From: the human T2T-CHM13v2.0 reference genome, Homo sapiens
DNA: 64,000 nucleotides
Assembly: GCF_009914755.1 (NCBI RefSeq)
Contig: NC_060932.1
Reading direction: 5' to 3' (one strand)
The notes under the pieces: model-generated
What the model was told of the DNA's origin: nothing
Seen by the model: only the letters and a program-made list of their open reading frames with translations
Database searches by the model: none
Shown here: piece by piece, positions 14,141 through 28,670 of the stretch
Numbering within the stretch: the stretch's first letter is position 1
Layout: each line of letters begins with the position of its first letter
Program-made: the position numbers and the translations under genes

Positions 14141-15230
14141 GGAGAGAGAGCCTTCAGATGCCTCCCATCTGATGCACTTGGATTCAGGTGGAATCCTTTT
14201 GCAACTTTCCCTCATATCACCCCATCATCTTTTTCTCTCTCTTATATCTATATCATCTGTATCTAATTCTATATTTGTAGCATTCTTATTTTTTGTTCCC
14301 TTCCCTTCATTTCCTCCCTTCCTCCCTTCCTTCCTTCTTTTTCTCTCTCTTTCATTCTTCTATTAATTATCTATAACCATTCTCCAGAAATTCTTAAATG
14401 CAAATATTTAATCGTAGTATGAACTTAAATCAAGAGGTTAACTCTTTCATAAGACCTTATTATTTTAATATTTTTTTTTCTAAAATAGAAAAAAGAAAAA
14501 ACTTGACTAGAAAGGGGGCATGGGTGAGGACACGCTCTGAAGCCCTGGAGCTACTTCATCGTCCAGTAACCTTCTTGGGCACGGGGGATGGTCTTAGATT
14601 AGAAGACAATTTATATCCATTTTACTCTCGAGACACTTATTTACTAACTGTTGATGCAAGTCTCAGGAACGCTAATTTCTCTTGGCAGCTTAATAAGGTG
14701 TTTTTGATTTGCATATTTAGAATTTGGATGACTGTATTTGAAATTACCATTGTATACTTCTATGACTTTAGAAAAAAATGAAAGAAAATAAAAAACAGAA
14801 GACTATAATATAGCATTACATTTGATTCTATTCAGTTCCATTCATTTCTAATTTATTTGTGGAAAAAATAAATAGAAAAATCAAATATACATGTAATATC
14901 CAAACCTTCGACCATTCAATTAGGTGCATAATATTAACCACAAACGTTGCCAAAATTTTCTGAATCGAATAGCAACATATTCATAAGCCATAATCTTCTC
15001 ATTAACAAGTCTGCTATTACGTAATACTCAGTTTCTCCCTAAGCATTCTCTTGGGGTTAATTATTGACTAATCTGAGTTTTATCTTCAAGTACCCCCCAA
15101 ATTCTAGTAAATTAACAATAATCAGAGGATTTGGCAAGAGGATGGCAGCAGAAATAAATAAAAAATTAAAGTACATAGTTATAATATATCAACAGTTACC
15201 CCCTGGTTGCATGTAGCATGAATTTGGTAT

Positions 15231-15787
15231 TGTGCCAGGCAGCCTCTAAGGTGGCCTCACATGATTCCAACCCCCAGATATTCCCTCCATTATGCCATTG
15301 TTTTCCATTTAGTGACCTGCTTCTAATCAGTAGAACATGACAATGTTGAGGAGATGTCACTTCCTTAATCAGGTTATAGAAAATAATATCTTTCTTGATA
15401 TTAGACTGTTTTTCTCACTCTTTTATTGTCTTTGATGAAGTAAGCTGCCATGTGGGAGAAGACCGGGTGATAGGAAAATGGCATAATTCCTCTGACCAGC
15501 AGGCAGTAAGGAACTGAGGCCGGTAACCAAATGGTCCCTGAAGAACTAAATCCTCCTGCCTGTCACGTGAACTGTGAGCTAGATCCTTCCTCAGTTAAAA
15601 CTTCAGCCTCAGCCCTGGCTGACTCCTTGATTTCAGCCTCATGAAAGTCCATAAACTAGATACAGAGAGACCCACAGAAATCAGTTACAGATTTTGGACA
15701 CACAGAAAATGTGAGATAAGAAATGTGTGATGTTTAAGACACTAAGGTCTGAGGTATTTTTTTATACAGCAATAGATAAATAATCCA
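15231..15787 (+). mobile_element. MLT1 (MLT1F/E-like) MaLR LTR
   Basis: tgtgccaggcagcctctaaggtggcc ... atacagcaatagataaataatcca. Confidence 0.8.
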
Positions 15788-16022
15788 CCTATTTACATGC
15801 ATACATAGAAATTGCATCCTAATAAAGAGGTAAGATAATATAGCCCACTTATCACAGACAGTTCGACTTTTCACTCTGTTATTTTATTCCGTTTTGAGTC
15901 CATCAGAAATGTCTTTAACAATAGAATTTTTCTCAGCCACTATGGAGACTAATTTGAATAAATCAATGATCAGATTTTCAGTTTTTTCATAGTTTTTATA
16001 CAGTTAATTTGAGCACTTTTTA

Positions 16023-16232
<210 letters not shown>

Positions 16233-19200
16233 TCAGTAAACACATTTATTTTTCTTTTTGGTCTAGGTTTGACATTACAGTTACTGTCTTTATAATCTTT
16301 TGTCATCACTCATTCCAATTTTTATTCCACTTTGTTTTTTGTTTGACAAAGATTGTTCTGAAATTTCCATCTAACAGATTTTTATTAAATATCTATACAC
16401 CTATATGTATTATTCTGTAATATGTATTTTATATATTAATTAAAATATAACATCAGACCCGCTGTACCCAGTAAACTCCTGCACATCCAGCAAGAAACAC
16501 CCAGTGCTCCTTCCTCACACTATACGACAAGGCCTTAAAGGGGTCCCTAAGCATTTCGTTAAAGGGAATGACCTCAAGTAGTTCAGCCTGTGCTCTTGGT
16601 GAAGAATATTCAACTGGTAAACATTTCTTTAGGAGAACCAATGATTTTTTACGAGCCATAGAGATATATGATCATCACAGATGGAATGCCATGTAATGTA
16701 TGCCCACATCTGCTCCCTGTGAAGCAAACTGTTCTGTCATTTTATGAGTCAATTTTGTTTCTGAAATAGGTGAATGATAAAGATGGCTGGATTGCAAGAG
16801 TTTGATACAAAATGAAGTTTAACTCTATTGGAAGGAAAACAATTAAGCCAGTAGAGATTTATAATGCCACACATTGCTTATTTTTATAGCTTGACTTCAT
16901 CATTTCAAATATACAGCTTTAAACATAAAAGATCAACCAAAACAGAGAAACTGTTACAAGGGTATCCAAGATCCTAAAAAAACATACCACTCTCTCCTGA
17001 ATTATCTAGGACATTGCTTACATCTGAAAAATCATTTTATCTTTGATGATGTATCTCTAGGGTGCCTGCTTTAATGATAGTCAACTAAGGAATTCACTAA
17101 TTTTATATTGTTATTATTTTAATGCACAATTCATTTTTATCAAAATGATTATAAATTATCAACATATAGTTGCTAATCTATTGTGTTGGTTTATGAAATT
17201 ATATTTAAAGTGATGAATGGATCATTATAAAATATGCTGCTCATAGTAATAATACTTCCAAGAATATATCAAATAAAAAGTGTATATCATAACAGCATCA
17301 AGGATAGTGAAATTAATAAATTAGCAAAAAGTAGTAACAATTATTGACTATTTTGATGCAAAATCCATTAAGGTTGTCAAACTGGAGGAATGCATCTTAC
17401 TGATGCTAATACTTCAGTGAGAACACATGAGTTAAATGATGGGGCAATAGAGAATAAAAATAAAATATGAAAGATAGAAGGATAAAAGGAACAGACTGAC
17501 ATGTAAATGTGTTAGGGTAGAAAAGTCAAAAGATATTTATTTAAATATTTAACAGTTTGAGATTAATTAATTTTAACTAATTCTACAGCATTGGGACAAT
17601 CTCAGTGGCCCCAGTAGATTAAAAAGTGATACAATCTTTAGAGGAGTAAGTACATTGGTTAGCTGCTAAATATGTTAACATTTTTTAATAGCAGATAATT
17701 TGGAAATAGTCTCTAATATTAAAATGGTCCATAAATGTGTATATTATAGAAATTTTATTTCTAACACACCCAAATATACATGTAAATAACATGAAGGAAA
17801 CAGTTCTAAGATTGTGAGTCATATTTGAGGCTGAAACTGCAAATGAGTATAAAAAGAGATATTTTTAACTGTATGACGCTACATATAATAAACAATGATA
17901 TCATGATTATATTTTAAGGACAATATAGGTAAAGATTATAACTTTTATGAGTTAATGTGGCTGGTTCGAACTAAAATAATCAGATATTGATTTGATACAT
18001 TTGTTTCATATCCTTAAAGGAAATGTTCTCAGTATTGGGATACCACTCAATATTAAAAAAAAATTTTTTTGGGGGGGATTAAAGGGTTATTATATCTGTA
18101 TAATATCCATATATATCTCTTTATCTCATTGTTTTAGTTATTGATGTGTCTCATTGATCACACGTTAAAGAAAGTTTTTTGGTAACATGTAAATATTTCA
18201 GCTAAGTAAAACCGTGTTTAATCATTATAAAAAATTAGTCATGTATCAAAGGGCCATGTGAAAAGAGAACAGTGTGTTTTAAGGAAAAGAAGCACTTTTC
18301 AAAAGGAAGAGTGTGGCATTTGATCTCAGGGTTCTGCAGTGGATGATGACTTCAACAAAACAACAAAGCAACATAAAGACCAAGGACCTAAAAGACCAAG
18401 AGCTCATACACAGGGCATGAGGTGCACAGAAAACCTGATAATATAGCTGCTGCATCATTTTGTGAATATGTCTAAAAGAAATTCCCATGTAAATACTATA
18501 TTCGTTTTTGTTTCGTTTAATAGTAACCCAGTACTTTGTGAATGATCCCTGTGGGAAACACTAGTGTCTTTAGTCAAGAGCATTCATTGAGGAACAGACT
18601 GTTTTTGATAATGTTGCAAAAAGTCTTAAATTTTTTAATCTGATACTCAATTAAATGAAATAATAGAGGGTAAATTTGCCATCTAAATAAGCAAGCAAAC
18701 CCTAGTCTAGTACTTTAATGGAAAATGAAGAATGTGTAGGGGGAGCATATGTGATTGCATTATTTCACAACAATATATTCTAAAAATAATTTCTATGATG
18801 CAGATATTATTCTACATAGCTCATAGTGGTGCTCAGTGGTGGAGCAGTGTTTGAAAATAGATATGTCTCTGAAATCTATGCTCTTTATACACCACAGTGT
18901 ATAATTTACAGCATGTGAAATAATATGCTGAGTGTGTCAAGATAATTTATTGTATAATTTGACAGCTATACTTGTCATTTCTGCTCAGGTTCCATGTCTA
19001 ACTCCTTAATGTAAAAAATTTGACATTCAGTAGGATTAACTAGATTTTAATAGCACCTCCTCAACCATAGTCAACTTAATGAAAAGTGGCAAGGTAGACC
19101 TAGCTGCCTGAAAGCAACCATTCTAATGTAATTTTATACGTACATTTCATAGTGTAGCAGCAGCCAGATGACAACAAATATGTTCACTTACTCACTGTGA

Positions 19201-19598
19201 CTTCTCCAATATCATGGCATTACATACAAATTATAGTTTCTCTAGATATGTTACACCTTTATGTGCTTAGCACACAAAAATACATGCACTCCCGTCCCCC
19301 ACAAAAACAAGATTAGAAAATGGGATGCATCTAAAACCCAACCCGAAATGAATTTAATATAACTCTTAAAAATTGCAAATAAATAAAAGTAATATGATTT
19401 TTCACAAAACCAGAATAAGACCTAAAACCAATTTTTTTCTTAACCTAAAGTGAATTAAAAATTATTTATACATATACCTAACGATAAATTGCCAAAAATT
19501 GAATTCAGAATTAATGTATGCTGTCATCAAAACAAATAAAAAATACATTTCTCTAAGCTATGAATGCTACTAGATACATTTTTTAATTAGAAGGCAGG

Positions 19599-20220
19599 TG
19601 TATTAGTCTGTTCTCATGCTACTGATAAAGATATACCTGAGAATTGGTAATTTATAAAGGAAAGAGGTTTAATTGACTCACAGTTCCACATGGCCGGAAA
19701 GGCCTCACAATCATGGTGGAAGGTGAATGAGGAGCAAAGTCACGTCTTACATGGTGGCAGGCAAGAGAGAGACTATGCAGTCAAACTCCCCTTTTTAAAA
19801 CCATCAGATCTCATGAGACTTATTCACTATCACAAGAATAGCACCAGAAAGACTCGCCCCCATAATTTAATTACCTCCCAGTGGGTCCCTTCTACAACAC
19901 GTGGGAATTATGGGAGCTACAATTCAAGGTAAGATTCAGGTAGGGATGCAGCCAAATCATATTATTCCACTCTGGCCCCTCCCAGATCTCATGTTCTCAT
20001 ATTTCAAAACCAATAATGCCTTCCCAACAGTCCCCCAAAGTCTTAACTCACTTCAACATTAACTCAAAAGTCCACAGTCCACTCTCACGTATGATAAGGC
20101 AAGTCCCTTCCACCTATGAGCCTGTAAATTTAAAAGCAAGTGAGTTACTTCCTAGATACAAATGGTGGGGGTACAGGCATTAGGTAAATACACCCTTTCC
20201 AGATGGGATAAATGGGCCAA
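19599..20220 (-). mobile_element. THE1 (C/D-like) 3' LTR (19599-19964) plus ~260 bp of THE1-int, truncated
   Basis: tgtattagtctgttctcatgct...gccaaatcatatta, then the antisense PPT ttccactctggcccctcc and internal sequence. Confidence 0.9.
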
Positions 20221-20458
20221 ATTTGTGAGAGAGACATTTTAAGTGGAGTTTTAGCATGCTTGAAGAGTGCTATGGTTGCTCTTATCTATAGGCCAGACCT
20301 TACAGTGGAGACTGCAGTCAATGAATTGTGTAAGCTGAATGCAATGGGTATAATTGGATTCTGGGAAAGCAGTAGTGAAGTGGTGTCAGTCAGTCACCAA
20401 AGGCAGGGTAGGCATGTTTATCATAAAAGTCAGCACAGTCAGAGCAACAATGAGAATA
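20221..20458 (+). mobile_element. ERVL internal fragment (gag)
   Basis: ORF 20212-20508 contains RPDLTVETAVNELCKLNAMGIIG, similar to HERVL gag. Confidence 0.8.
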
Positions 20459-21590
20459 TGGGTGTACCTTGGAGATATTGTGGGTTTGGTTCCAGACCAC
20501 CACAATAAAGCAAATATCACAATAAAGTGAGTCATACACACTTTTTGGTTTCCCAGTGAATATAAGTTATGTTTATAGTTTTCTGTAGTCTATTCCATCT
20601 GTCTACAATAGCATTATGTCTAAAAATGTACACACCTCAATTAAAAATACTTTATTGCTAAAAAAAAATGCTAACACTTATCTGAGCCATCAGTGAGTCA
20701 TATCAGCAGGTCATAAGCTTTTTGCCATTGGAGAGTCTTGCCTTGAGGTTGATGGTTGCTAAATGATCAAGGTGGTGATTCCTGAAGATTGGGGTGTCTG
20801 TAGCAATTTCTTAAAATAAGACAATGATGAAATTTACCACGTCAATTGATTCTTCCTTTCATGAATGATTTCTCTGTAGTATGCAATGTTGTTAGATAGC
20901 GTTTTACCCACACTAGAACTTCTTTCAAAATTGGAGTCAGTCCTCTCATAACCTGCTGCTGCATTATCAATGACATGTATATAATTGTCTAAATCCTTTG
21001 TTTTCATTTCAACCATGTTCACAGTATCTTCACCAGTAGTAGGCTGCATCTCAAGAAACCATTTTCTTTATTCACTTATAAGAAGCAACTCCTCAACCAC
21101 TAAATATTCATCATGAGATTGCAGCAATTCCATCCCATTTTTAGGCTCCACTTCTAATTCTAGTTTTCTTGCTACTTCCACCACATCTGCAGTTACTTCT
21201 TCCACTGTAGTTATTTCCAGATGCTTCCTGAACTCCTCAAAGTCATCTTTGAAGGTTGGAATCAACTTCTTCAAAACTCTTACTGATGTTGCTATTTTGA
21301 CCCACTGTTATGAATCATGAATGTTCTCAATGGCATCTAATATGGTAAATCCTTTCCAGAAGGTTTTTAATTGATGTTGTCCAGATCCATCAGAGGAATA
21401 TCTCTTTCATACATAACCTTATAAAATGTATTTCTTTAATAATACAACTTGAAAGTCAAAATTACTTCTTGGTTCATGGGCTGCAAAATGGATGTTGTGT
21501 TAGCAGGCATGAAACTATCATTAATCATATTCTCCATCAGGGCTTCTGGGTAACCAAGTGCATTGCCAATGGGCAGTAATATTATGAAAG

Positions 21591-21639
<49 letters not shown>

Positions 21640-23065
21640 CATATAAATATATATATAAATATATATATATTTATATATATACACATATATATATAAATAT
21701 ATATATATTTATATATATACATATAAATATATATATAAATATATATATATTTATATATATATATTTATATGTGTATATATATATATATATTTGCTGGGCA
21801 ATAGGTCTAAAAGTGGACTTAAGATATTTAGTAAACTATGCTCTAAACAGATGTGCTATCATCCAGGCTTTGCTGTGTCATTTACAGAGCACAGGCAGAA
21901 TAGATTTAGCCTAATTCTTAAGGACCCCAGAATTTTCAGAATGGAAAATGAACATTGGCTTGCACTTAAAGTCACCAGCTGCATTACCCCTAACGAGAGG
22001 TCAGCAAGTCCTTTGGAAATTTGAAGGCAGTCATTGACATTTTCTCTCTAGCATGAAAGTCCTAGAGGACATCTTCCAATATAAGGCGTTTCATCTACAT
22101 TGACTATTGTTTTGTGTAGTCACTTTAATCAGTGATCTTAGCTAGATCCTCTGAATAACTCGCTGCAGCTTCTCCATCAGCACTTGCTGCTTCATGTTGC
22201 ACTTTTATGTTACAGAGATGACTTATTTCCTTAAACCTCATTAATTAAATTATTTCAAACTCACTTCTGTAGCATCTTTATCTCTCTCAGGCTTCATACA
22301 TTTAAAGAGAGGCAGGGTCTTTCTTCAGACTGGGCTTTGGCTTAAAGAAATTATGTGGCTGGTTTGATCTTCTATCTAGACCCCCTAATACTTTTCCATA
22401 ATAGCAACAAGGCATTTTGCTTTCTTATCATTTGTGTGTTCACTGAAGTAGCACTTTTAATTTCCTTCCAGAACTTTTTCTTTGCATTCACAATTTAGCT
22501 AACCATGGTGCAAGAGATCTAGCTTTGGGCATGTCTTGGCTTTTGACATGTTTTCCTCATTAGGCTTAATAATTTCTGCCTTTTAATTTAAAGTGAGAGA
22601 CATGTGACTCTTCCTTTCAGCTGAATAGTTAGAGACCGTTGCAAATCATCAATGGCCCTGTTTCAATATTGTTGTGTCTCAGTGAATAGAGACCCAAGGG
22701 AAAGGAAAAAGATGGTGGAATGGCAGGCTGGTGGAGCAGTCAGAGCGCAACATTTATCAAGTAAGTTTGCGTTTTGATATGGGTGCAGTACAGTGTTCCA
22801 AAAGAACTACAATAGTAACATCAAAGATCACTGACTGCAGATCACCATGACAGATATAATAACAAAAACATTTGAAATATTGCAAGAATTACCAAAATGA
22901 GACACAGAAATATTCATGTGAGCACACGTCAGTGGGCACACAATGTTAGAAAAATGGCACTAATAGACTTACGCAATATAGGGTTGTCACAAACCTGCAA
23001 TTTTTAAAATATGTAGTATATGCAAAGTACACCAAAGCAAAGCACAGTCAAGCAAGGTATGCATG
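20459..23065 (-). mobile_element. Near full-length Tigger1 (TcMar-Tigger DNA transposon), decayed transposase
   Basis: Both TIRs present (tgggtgtacctt... and ...aaggtatgcatg); TA at 20457-20458; minus-strand ORF remnants [58 protein letters not shown]. Confidence 0.93.
21593..21790. repeat. Interrupted (TA)n tract, ~200 bp
   Basis: Visible directly; TA units interrupted by ttt, aaa and ca. Confidence 0.97.
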
Positions 23066-23189
23066 CATCTCTTTGAATCTTAGCAATCACAAGAAGCTGC
23101 ATGTTTGGGTGGACCAGGAAGTGGTTGGGTGTGGGTAACAGAGGTGCACAGCTGCTACTGTACCAGTAGCACAGATATGATAAAAGAAA

Positions 23190-24492
23190 AAAAAAATCCA
23201 AAGTTCATCAAACTCAAAGATTGAAAGTAGATAAGCCCACAAAGATGAGAAGGAATCAGCACATGAACAGTAAAAACTCAAAATGCCACAGTGCCTTCTT
23301 TCCTCCAAAGGACCACATCACCTCTCCAAAAAAAAAAAAAGGTTTTGAACCAGGCTGACATTGAACCCTCAGCCTTAGCCTGACTGATACGACTGATATG
23401 ACAGGAATATAATTCATAATATGTTAAGAACGGAGTTCATTATGCTACAGGAGTACATTATTAAATCATAACAAGCCGTCTTTTGGACCACAGAGCAATC
23501 AAATTAGAAATCAAGACTAAGAAATTTGCCCAAGACCACACAATTACATGTAAACTGAATAACCTGCTCCTAAATGAATTTTGGGAAAGTAATAAAATTA
23601 AGGCAGAAAGCAAGGAGTTCTTTGAGACTAATGAGACCAAAGACAACATAACAGAATCTCTGGGACACAGCTAAGGCAGTGTTAATGGGGAAATTTATAG
23701 TAGTAAATGTCGACATCAAAAAGTTAGAAAGATTTCAAGTTCACAACCTAACATTACAACTAAAAGAACTGCAGAACCAAGAACAAAAAAATTTCGAATC
23801 TAGCAGAAGACAAGAAATAACCAATATTATAGCTGAGCTACAGGAGTTTGAGACACACAAAAAACATACAAAAGATCAACGAATCCAGGAGCTGGTTCTT
23901 TGAAAAAATTAATAAAATAGACTGCTAACTTGACTAATACAGAAGAAAAGAGAGAAGATTAAAATAAATCCAATCAGAATCAATAAGGGGGATATCACCA
24001 CTGACACAACAGAAATATAACAACCATCAGAGAATATAATGAACACCTCTATGTGCGTAAACTAGAAAATCCAGAAGAAATGGATAAATTCCTGGACACA
24101 TATTGTTCCAAGACTGAACCAATAAGCAGTTGAATTCCTGAACAGACCACTAGTGAGCTCTGAAATTGAGGCAGTAATAAACAGCCAATCAAACAAAAAA
24201 AAAGCACAGAACCAGACAGATTGACAGCTGATTTCTACCTGATGTACGAAGAACAGCTGGTACTATTCCTCCTGAAACTATTCCAAATAGTTGAGGAGGA
24301 GGGACTCCTCCCTAACTCATTCTATGAGGCCAGCATCATCCTAATTCCAAAACCTGACAGAGAGACAAGAAAAGAAAAAAATCAGGCCATGCAAAAATCC
24401 CCAACAAAATAATGGCCAATTGAATCCAGCAGCACATCAAAAAGCTTATCTAGGATGATCAAGTAGCCTTTATCCGTGGGATTCAAGGTTGG
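23190..24492 (+). mobile_element. Older primate L1 (L1PA8-13-like): ORF1 start joined to ORF2 N-terminal half, no 3' end
   Basis: aagatgagaaggaatcagcac (ORF1 start); ORF2 frames [42 protein letters not shown]. Confidence 0.88.
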
Positions 24493-27400
24493 AGAATGAC
24501 CAGATTATTGTAAGCTTAACCAGATGTGTCTTAATTGCAGCTGCTGTACCAGATGTGGTTTCTTTGCTTGAACAAATTAACTTATCCTCTCATACCTGAT
24601 GTGCAACTCTTGCTCTGAAAAATGTTTTTATTTCAATACCTGTTTGTAAAGACCACATTAGTAGTTTGCTTTAATCTGGCAATACTCCTTCACCATCTTA
24701 CCTCAAGGATAAGTTGGCACATTAGCCTTGTGTCATAATTCAGTTCACATGGATCTTGATTTTCTTTCCCTTCCATGAGATTATCACATTTGTCTGTCAC
24801 CTTAATAACATTATGCTGTTAGATCTAGTAAGCAATAAATAGCAATTACTCCAGAGTAATTGGAAGACATTTATATGTCAGAAGGTGGGAAATAAATATG
24901 ACAAAATTTGAGGGGCTTCTACCTCTGTGAAATTTCCAGAGTTTCAGTGTGGCGTGCAGTCATGTCAAGATACCCCTTTTAAGGTGCAGAGTAAGTTGTT
25001 GTATCTTGCTCATTCTACACCTAAAAAGAGGCACAATACCTAGCAGGCCTCTGGATTACACATGCAACACATTCATCATGTGGGTGTGTTATTCTGGTCC
25101 ATTTACTAAGCAACCTAAAAAACTGCTAATTTTGAGTGGGTCCCAGAACAAGAGAAGGCTCTGCAACAGATCTAGACTGCTAAGCAAACTACTCTGCAGC
25201 TTTAGCTATGTGATTCATGCGATCCAGTGGTGCCTGAAGTATCAGTGGCTGATAAGGGTACTGTCTGAATACTTTGCCAGGCCTCTACAGATGAATCACA
25301 GTTAGTCCCTTAGGATTTTGGAGCAAAGGTCTGCCATTCTCCTCATATAACTATTCCTCTACTAAGAAACAGCTTTATACCTGCTACTTAGTAGAGACTG
25401 AAAATTTAACCATGGGCACCAAATTAATGTCATCACATGACCTGAGCATCTCATTATGAACTGGATATTATCTAAGCCATAAAGTTGGGTGTGCACAGCA
25501 GCACAACACTTAATCATCAACAGAAGTGGTATATATCTGATAAGGCCCATGCGTACCCTAAAAATACAAGTAAGTTGCATGAAAAAGTGTCCCAAGTCTC
25601 CATGGTCCCCACTCCTGCTACATTACTATAGTTTCATGGAGTTTTTGCTATGATCACCTGTCAGAAGAAGAGAAGATTAAGGCCTGGTTTATACATAGCT
25701 TTGCATATATGTAGGTACCACTCAGAAGCAGGCAGCTTATCACATTTGTCTATTACTTTAATAACATTATGCTGTTAGATCTAGTGAGCAATAAATAGCA
25801 ATTACTCCAGTTATTGGAAGACATTAGTATGTCAGAAGGTGGGAAGTAAATATGACAAAAATTTAAGGCCCACTGTTTTTGAGTGATGCCTACATATACT
25901 CAAAACTATGTCTCTATGAGCGCTGTAGCCTCTTACTGAGACATCCCTGGAGGACAGTGGTGTGGAGAAATTCTCCTAGAAGGCAGAAATTTGTGCAGTG
26001 CATCTGGTTGTTCACTCTACTTGGAAGGAGCAATGACCACATGTTGACTACATACTGATTCATGGACTCTAGCCAGTGGTTTGGGTGGACGGCCAGGGAC
26101 TTGGAAGGAACATAAATGGAAAATTAATGACAAGGAAATTTGTGAAAGAATTATGTGAATTGACTTATCTTAATAGACGAAAAACCCTGAACATATTTTT
26201 GATCAACATGCATGCTCAACAAAAGGTGTCCTCAGCAGAGGAGGATTATAATGATGTAGATAGGATGACCCCCATCCTGTGGATACCAGCCAACCTACTT
26301 CACAAGTCACCCTTGTCATTACCCAATAGGCTCATGAACAAAGTGGCCATGGTAGCAGGGATAGAGGTTATGCATGGGCTCAGCAACATGGACTTCAATT
26401 CACCAAAGGCCACGTGGGTATGGTCACACTGCTGGGTGTCCAATCTGCCAGCAGCAGAAACCGATGCTGAGTGTCCAACATGCCCAATATGACATCATTC
26501 CCTGGGGTAATCAGCCAGCTACTTGTTGATAGGTTGATTACCATTTGACCACTTCAGTTATGGAAGGGAAGATATTTTGTTCTTATTGAAATAGCCACAT
26601 ACTTTGGATATGGATTTGCCTTCCCAGAAAACAGTGCTTCTGCCATGCCAAAGCTACTATCTGTGGACTTATTGAATGCCTTATCCACCATCGTATTCCA
26701 TGTAGCAATGCTTCTAATCCACAAAGTTACTTCAAAGCAAAGGAAGTGTGGCAGTGAGCTTATAATCATTGAACTCAATGTTCTTACCATGCTCCCCACC
26801 ATCCTGAAGGAGCTGGCTTGATAAGTCAGTGGAACAGGCTTTTGAAGACTCAAGTACAGAGGTATCTAGTTGTAAATACCTTGCAGGGCTGGGGCAAGAT
26901 TTTCTATTTGGCTGTATGTGCTCTGAATTAGCATCCGATATACAGTGATATACAGTGCTATTTCTCCTGTAGCCAGGATTCATGGGTCCAGAACTCAAGG
27001 GTTAAAATGGGAGTGGCACCATTCGCCATTACCCTTAGTGACTCACTAGCAAGTTTTTGCTTCACATTCTCATGACCTTCTGCTATGCTGACCTAGAGAT
27101 CTGAGTTTCACAGGGAGAAATGCCTCCACAAAGACTGACAGCAGTGATTCCATTAAACTGGAAGTTAAGACTGCCACCTGAATACCTTAGACTCTTCATA
27201 GCTCTGAAACATCTGGTAATGAAGAGAGTTACTGCACTAGTTGGCTTAATGCTGGCTACCAAGGGGAAATTAAACAGCTACTGTACAGTCAAAACTCCTG
27301 TACAAAGGAAGAGTATATTTAGAATACAGGAGATCATCCCTTATGGTGTCTTAATGTTACCATGCTCTGTGACTTAAGGTCAATGGAAACCTATAATAAT

Positions 27401-27625
27401 GCAATATAGGCAGAACTACTAATGGCCCAGACCCTTTAGAAATGAAGTTTTAGGTTACTCAAACAATTAAAGAATCATCACCAGCTTTGGTACTTGCTTA
27501 GGAAAAAGGGTGTATGGAATGAGTAGTGAAAGAAGGGTTGTTATAAATACCAAATATGATTGTGAGGCCAATTACAGAAATAAGTGCTGTAATAGGCATG
27601 AGAATTTCCTACTTATTTGTTATGG

Positions 27626-27626
<1 letters not shown>

Positions 27627-27672
<46 letters not shown>
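27627..27672. repeat. (TG)23 microsatellite
   Basis: Perfect dinucleotide run. Confidence 0.97.
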
Positions 27673-27675
<3 letters not shown>

Positions 27676-27964
27676 TTATATATCAAGTATCTTTGTCCTC
27701 TTTTATTTCCTTGATATGTATCATAAAATATATTGACTTTATATAATGGTATTTAAATATTTTAAATTTTACATCGTATAGTCTTTAAGTTATGGGTTAT
27801 CAAGGAAAAGAGTCAAGGCCACTCAAGAATTTTCAATCCCCTTCTGTGGAAGGGGTTAGTGCACTTATTATTGTATGCAGGATAGTTCCTTGATTTTAGG
27901 CAGACCTGTGACCTTGTTATTGTCTTTATTTGAAGATTAAGTGTGATTTAAACAGATATGGATG

Positions 27965-28670
27965 TGTTACCAGTGGAAGGCATCCAAGTTATGGGAGACA
28001 AATCCCTATGGGTCTACAGCAACCTCAATTCTTGCGTCCTCTAAAGAAAGAATTCAACTGAGGGGCATAAGGCAGAAAAAGAGACCAAGGCAAGTTTCAG
28101 AGCAGGCGTGGAAGTTTATTAAAAAGCTTTAGCACAGTAAGAAAAGAAAGGAAAGGAAAGAAAGGAGAAAGTAGGCTTGGAAGAAGGCCAGGTGGACTGC
28201 TTGAGAAACCAAATGCACCATTTAACCTTGATTCTAGGACTTTATAGTATGTCCCCTTCAGGCATCTTACCCCCCTTTTCCATGTTTCTTCCTTTAGGGT
28301 GGGCTGCTCACATGTGCAGTGCCCTCCCTACCCTTGGGAAGTGAGCATGTGTGGTGTGTTTAGGAAGTTGTGTATACGCCCATCTGAGGCTTTCTTTCCT
28401 TTTCCAGTGGAGTGCCTCTGGAAATGATACTCTGCCATTTTTGTCTCTTAATGTGCATGCGCAGGAATTTTCTTCTCCCTGGCATCTGCATTCAATTAAC
28501 ACTTTAGTGTTAATAGCTGTGGACCATTACAAATTGGTTTCTCCTTGGCACAAGCTGCCAATTTATCCCTTTTAGAAAGGTAATATGATCATTGCCAACC
28601 ATCACCTGACATTTCTGGTGGGTGGGGGAGAGCCCTCTCCTGCCCTGCTCATGCCTGTCTACCTGTAACA
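27965..28670 (-). mobile_element. MER50-like solo LTR (ERV1) inserted in ERVL-int
   Basis: tgttacc...tgtaaca ends; perfect TSD GATG at 27961-27964 and 28671-28674. Confidence 0.88.

Noticed and set aside
16453-16659. 68-aa ORF in non-repetitive sequence
   Set aside because: No similarity I can recognise and no supporting exon signals.
20834-21684. Transposase-like ORFs as a domesticated TIGD-type gene
   Set aside because: The frame is broken by stops, frameshifts and the TA tract; this is an ordinary decayed Tigger1.
24949-27377. Cluster of 77-138-aa ORFs
   Set aside because: These are frameshifted remnants or alternative frames of decayed ERVL pol/dUTPase.
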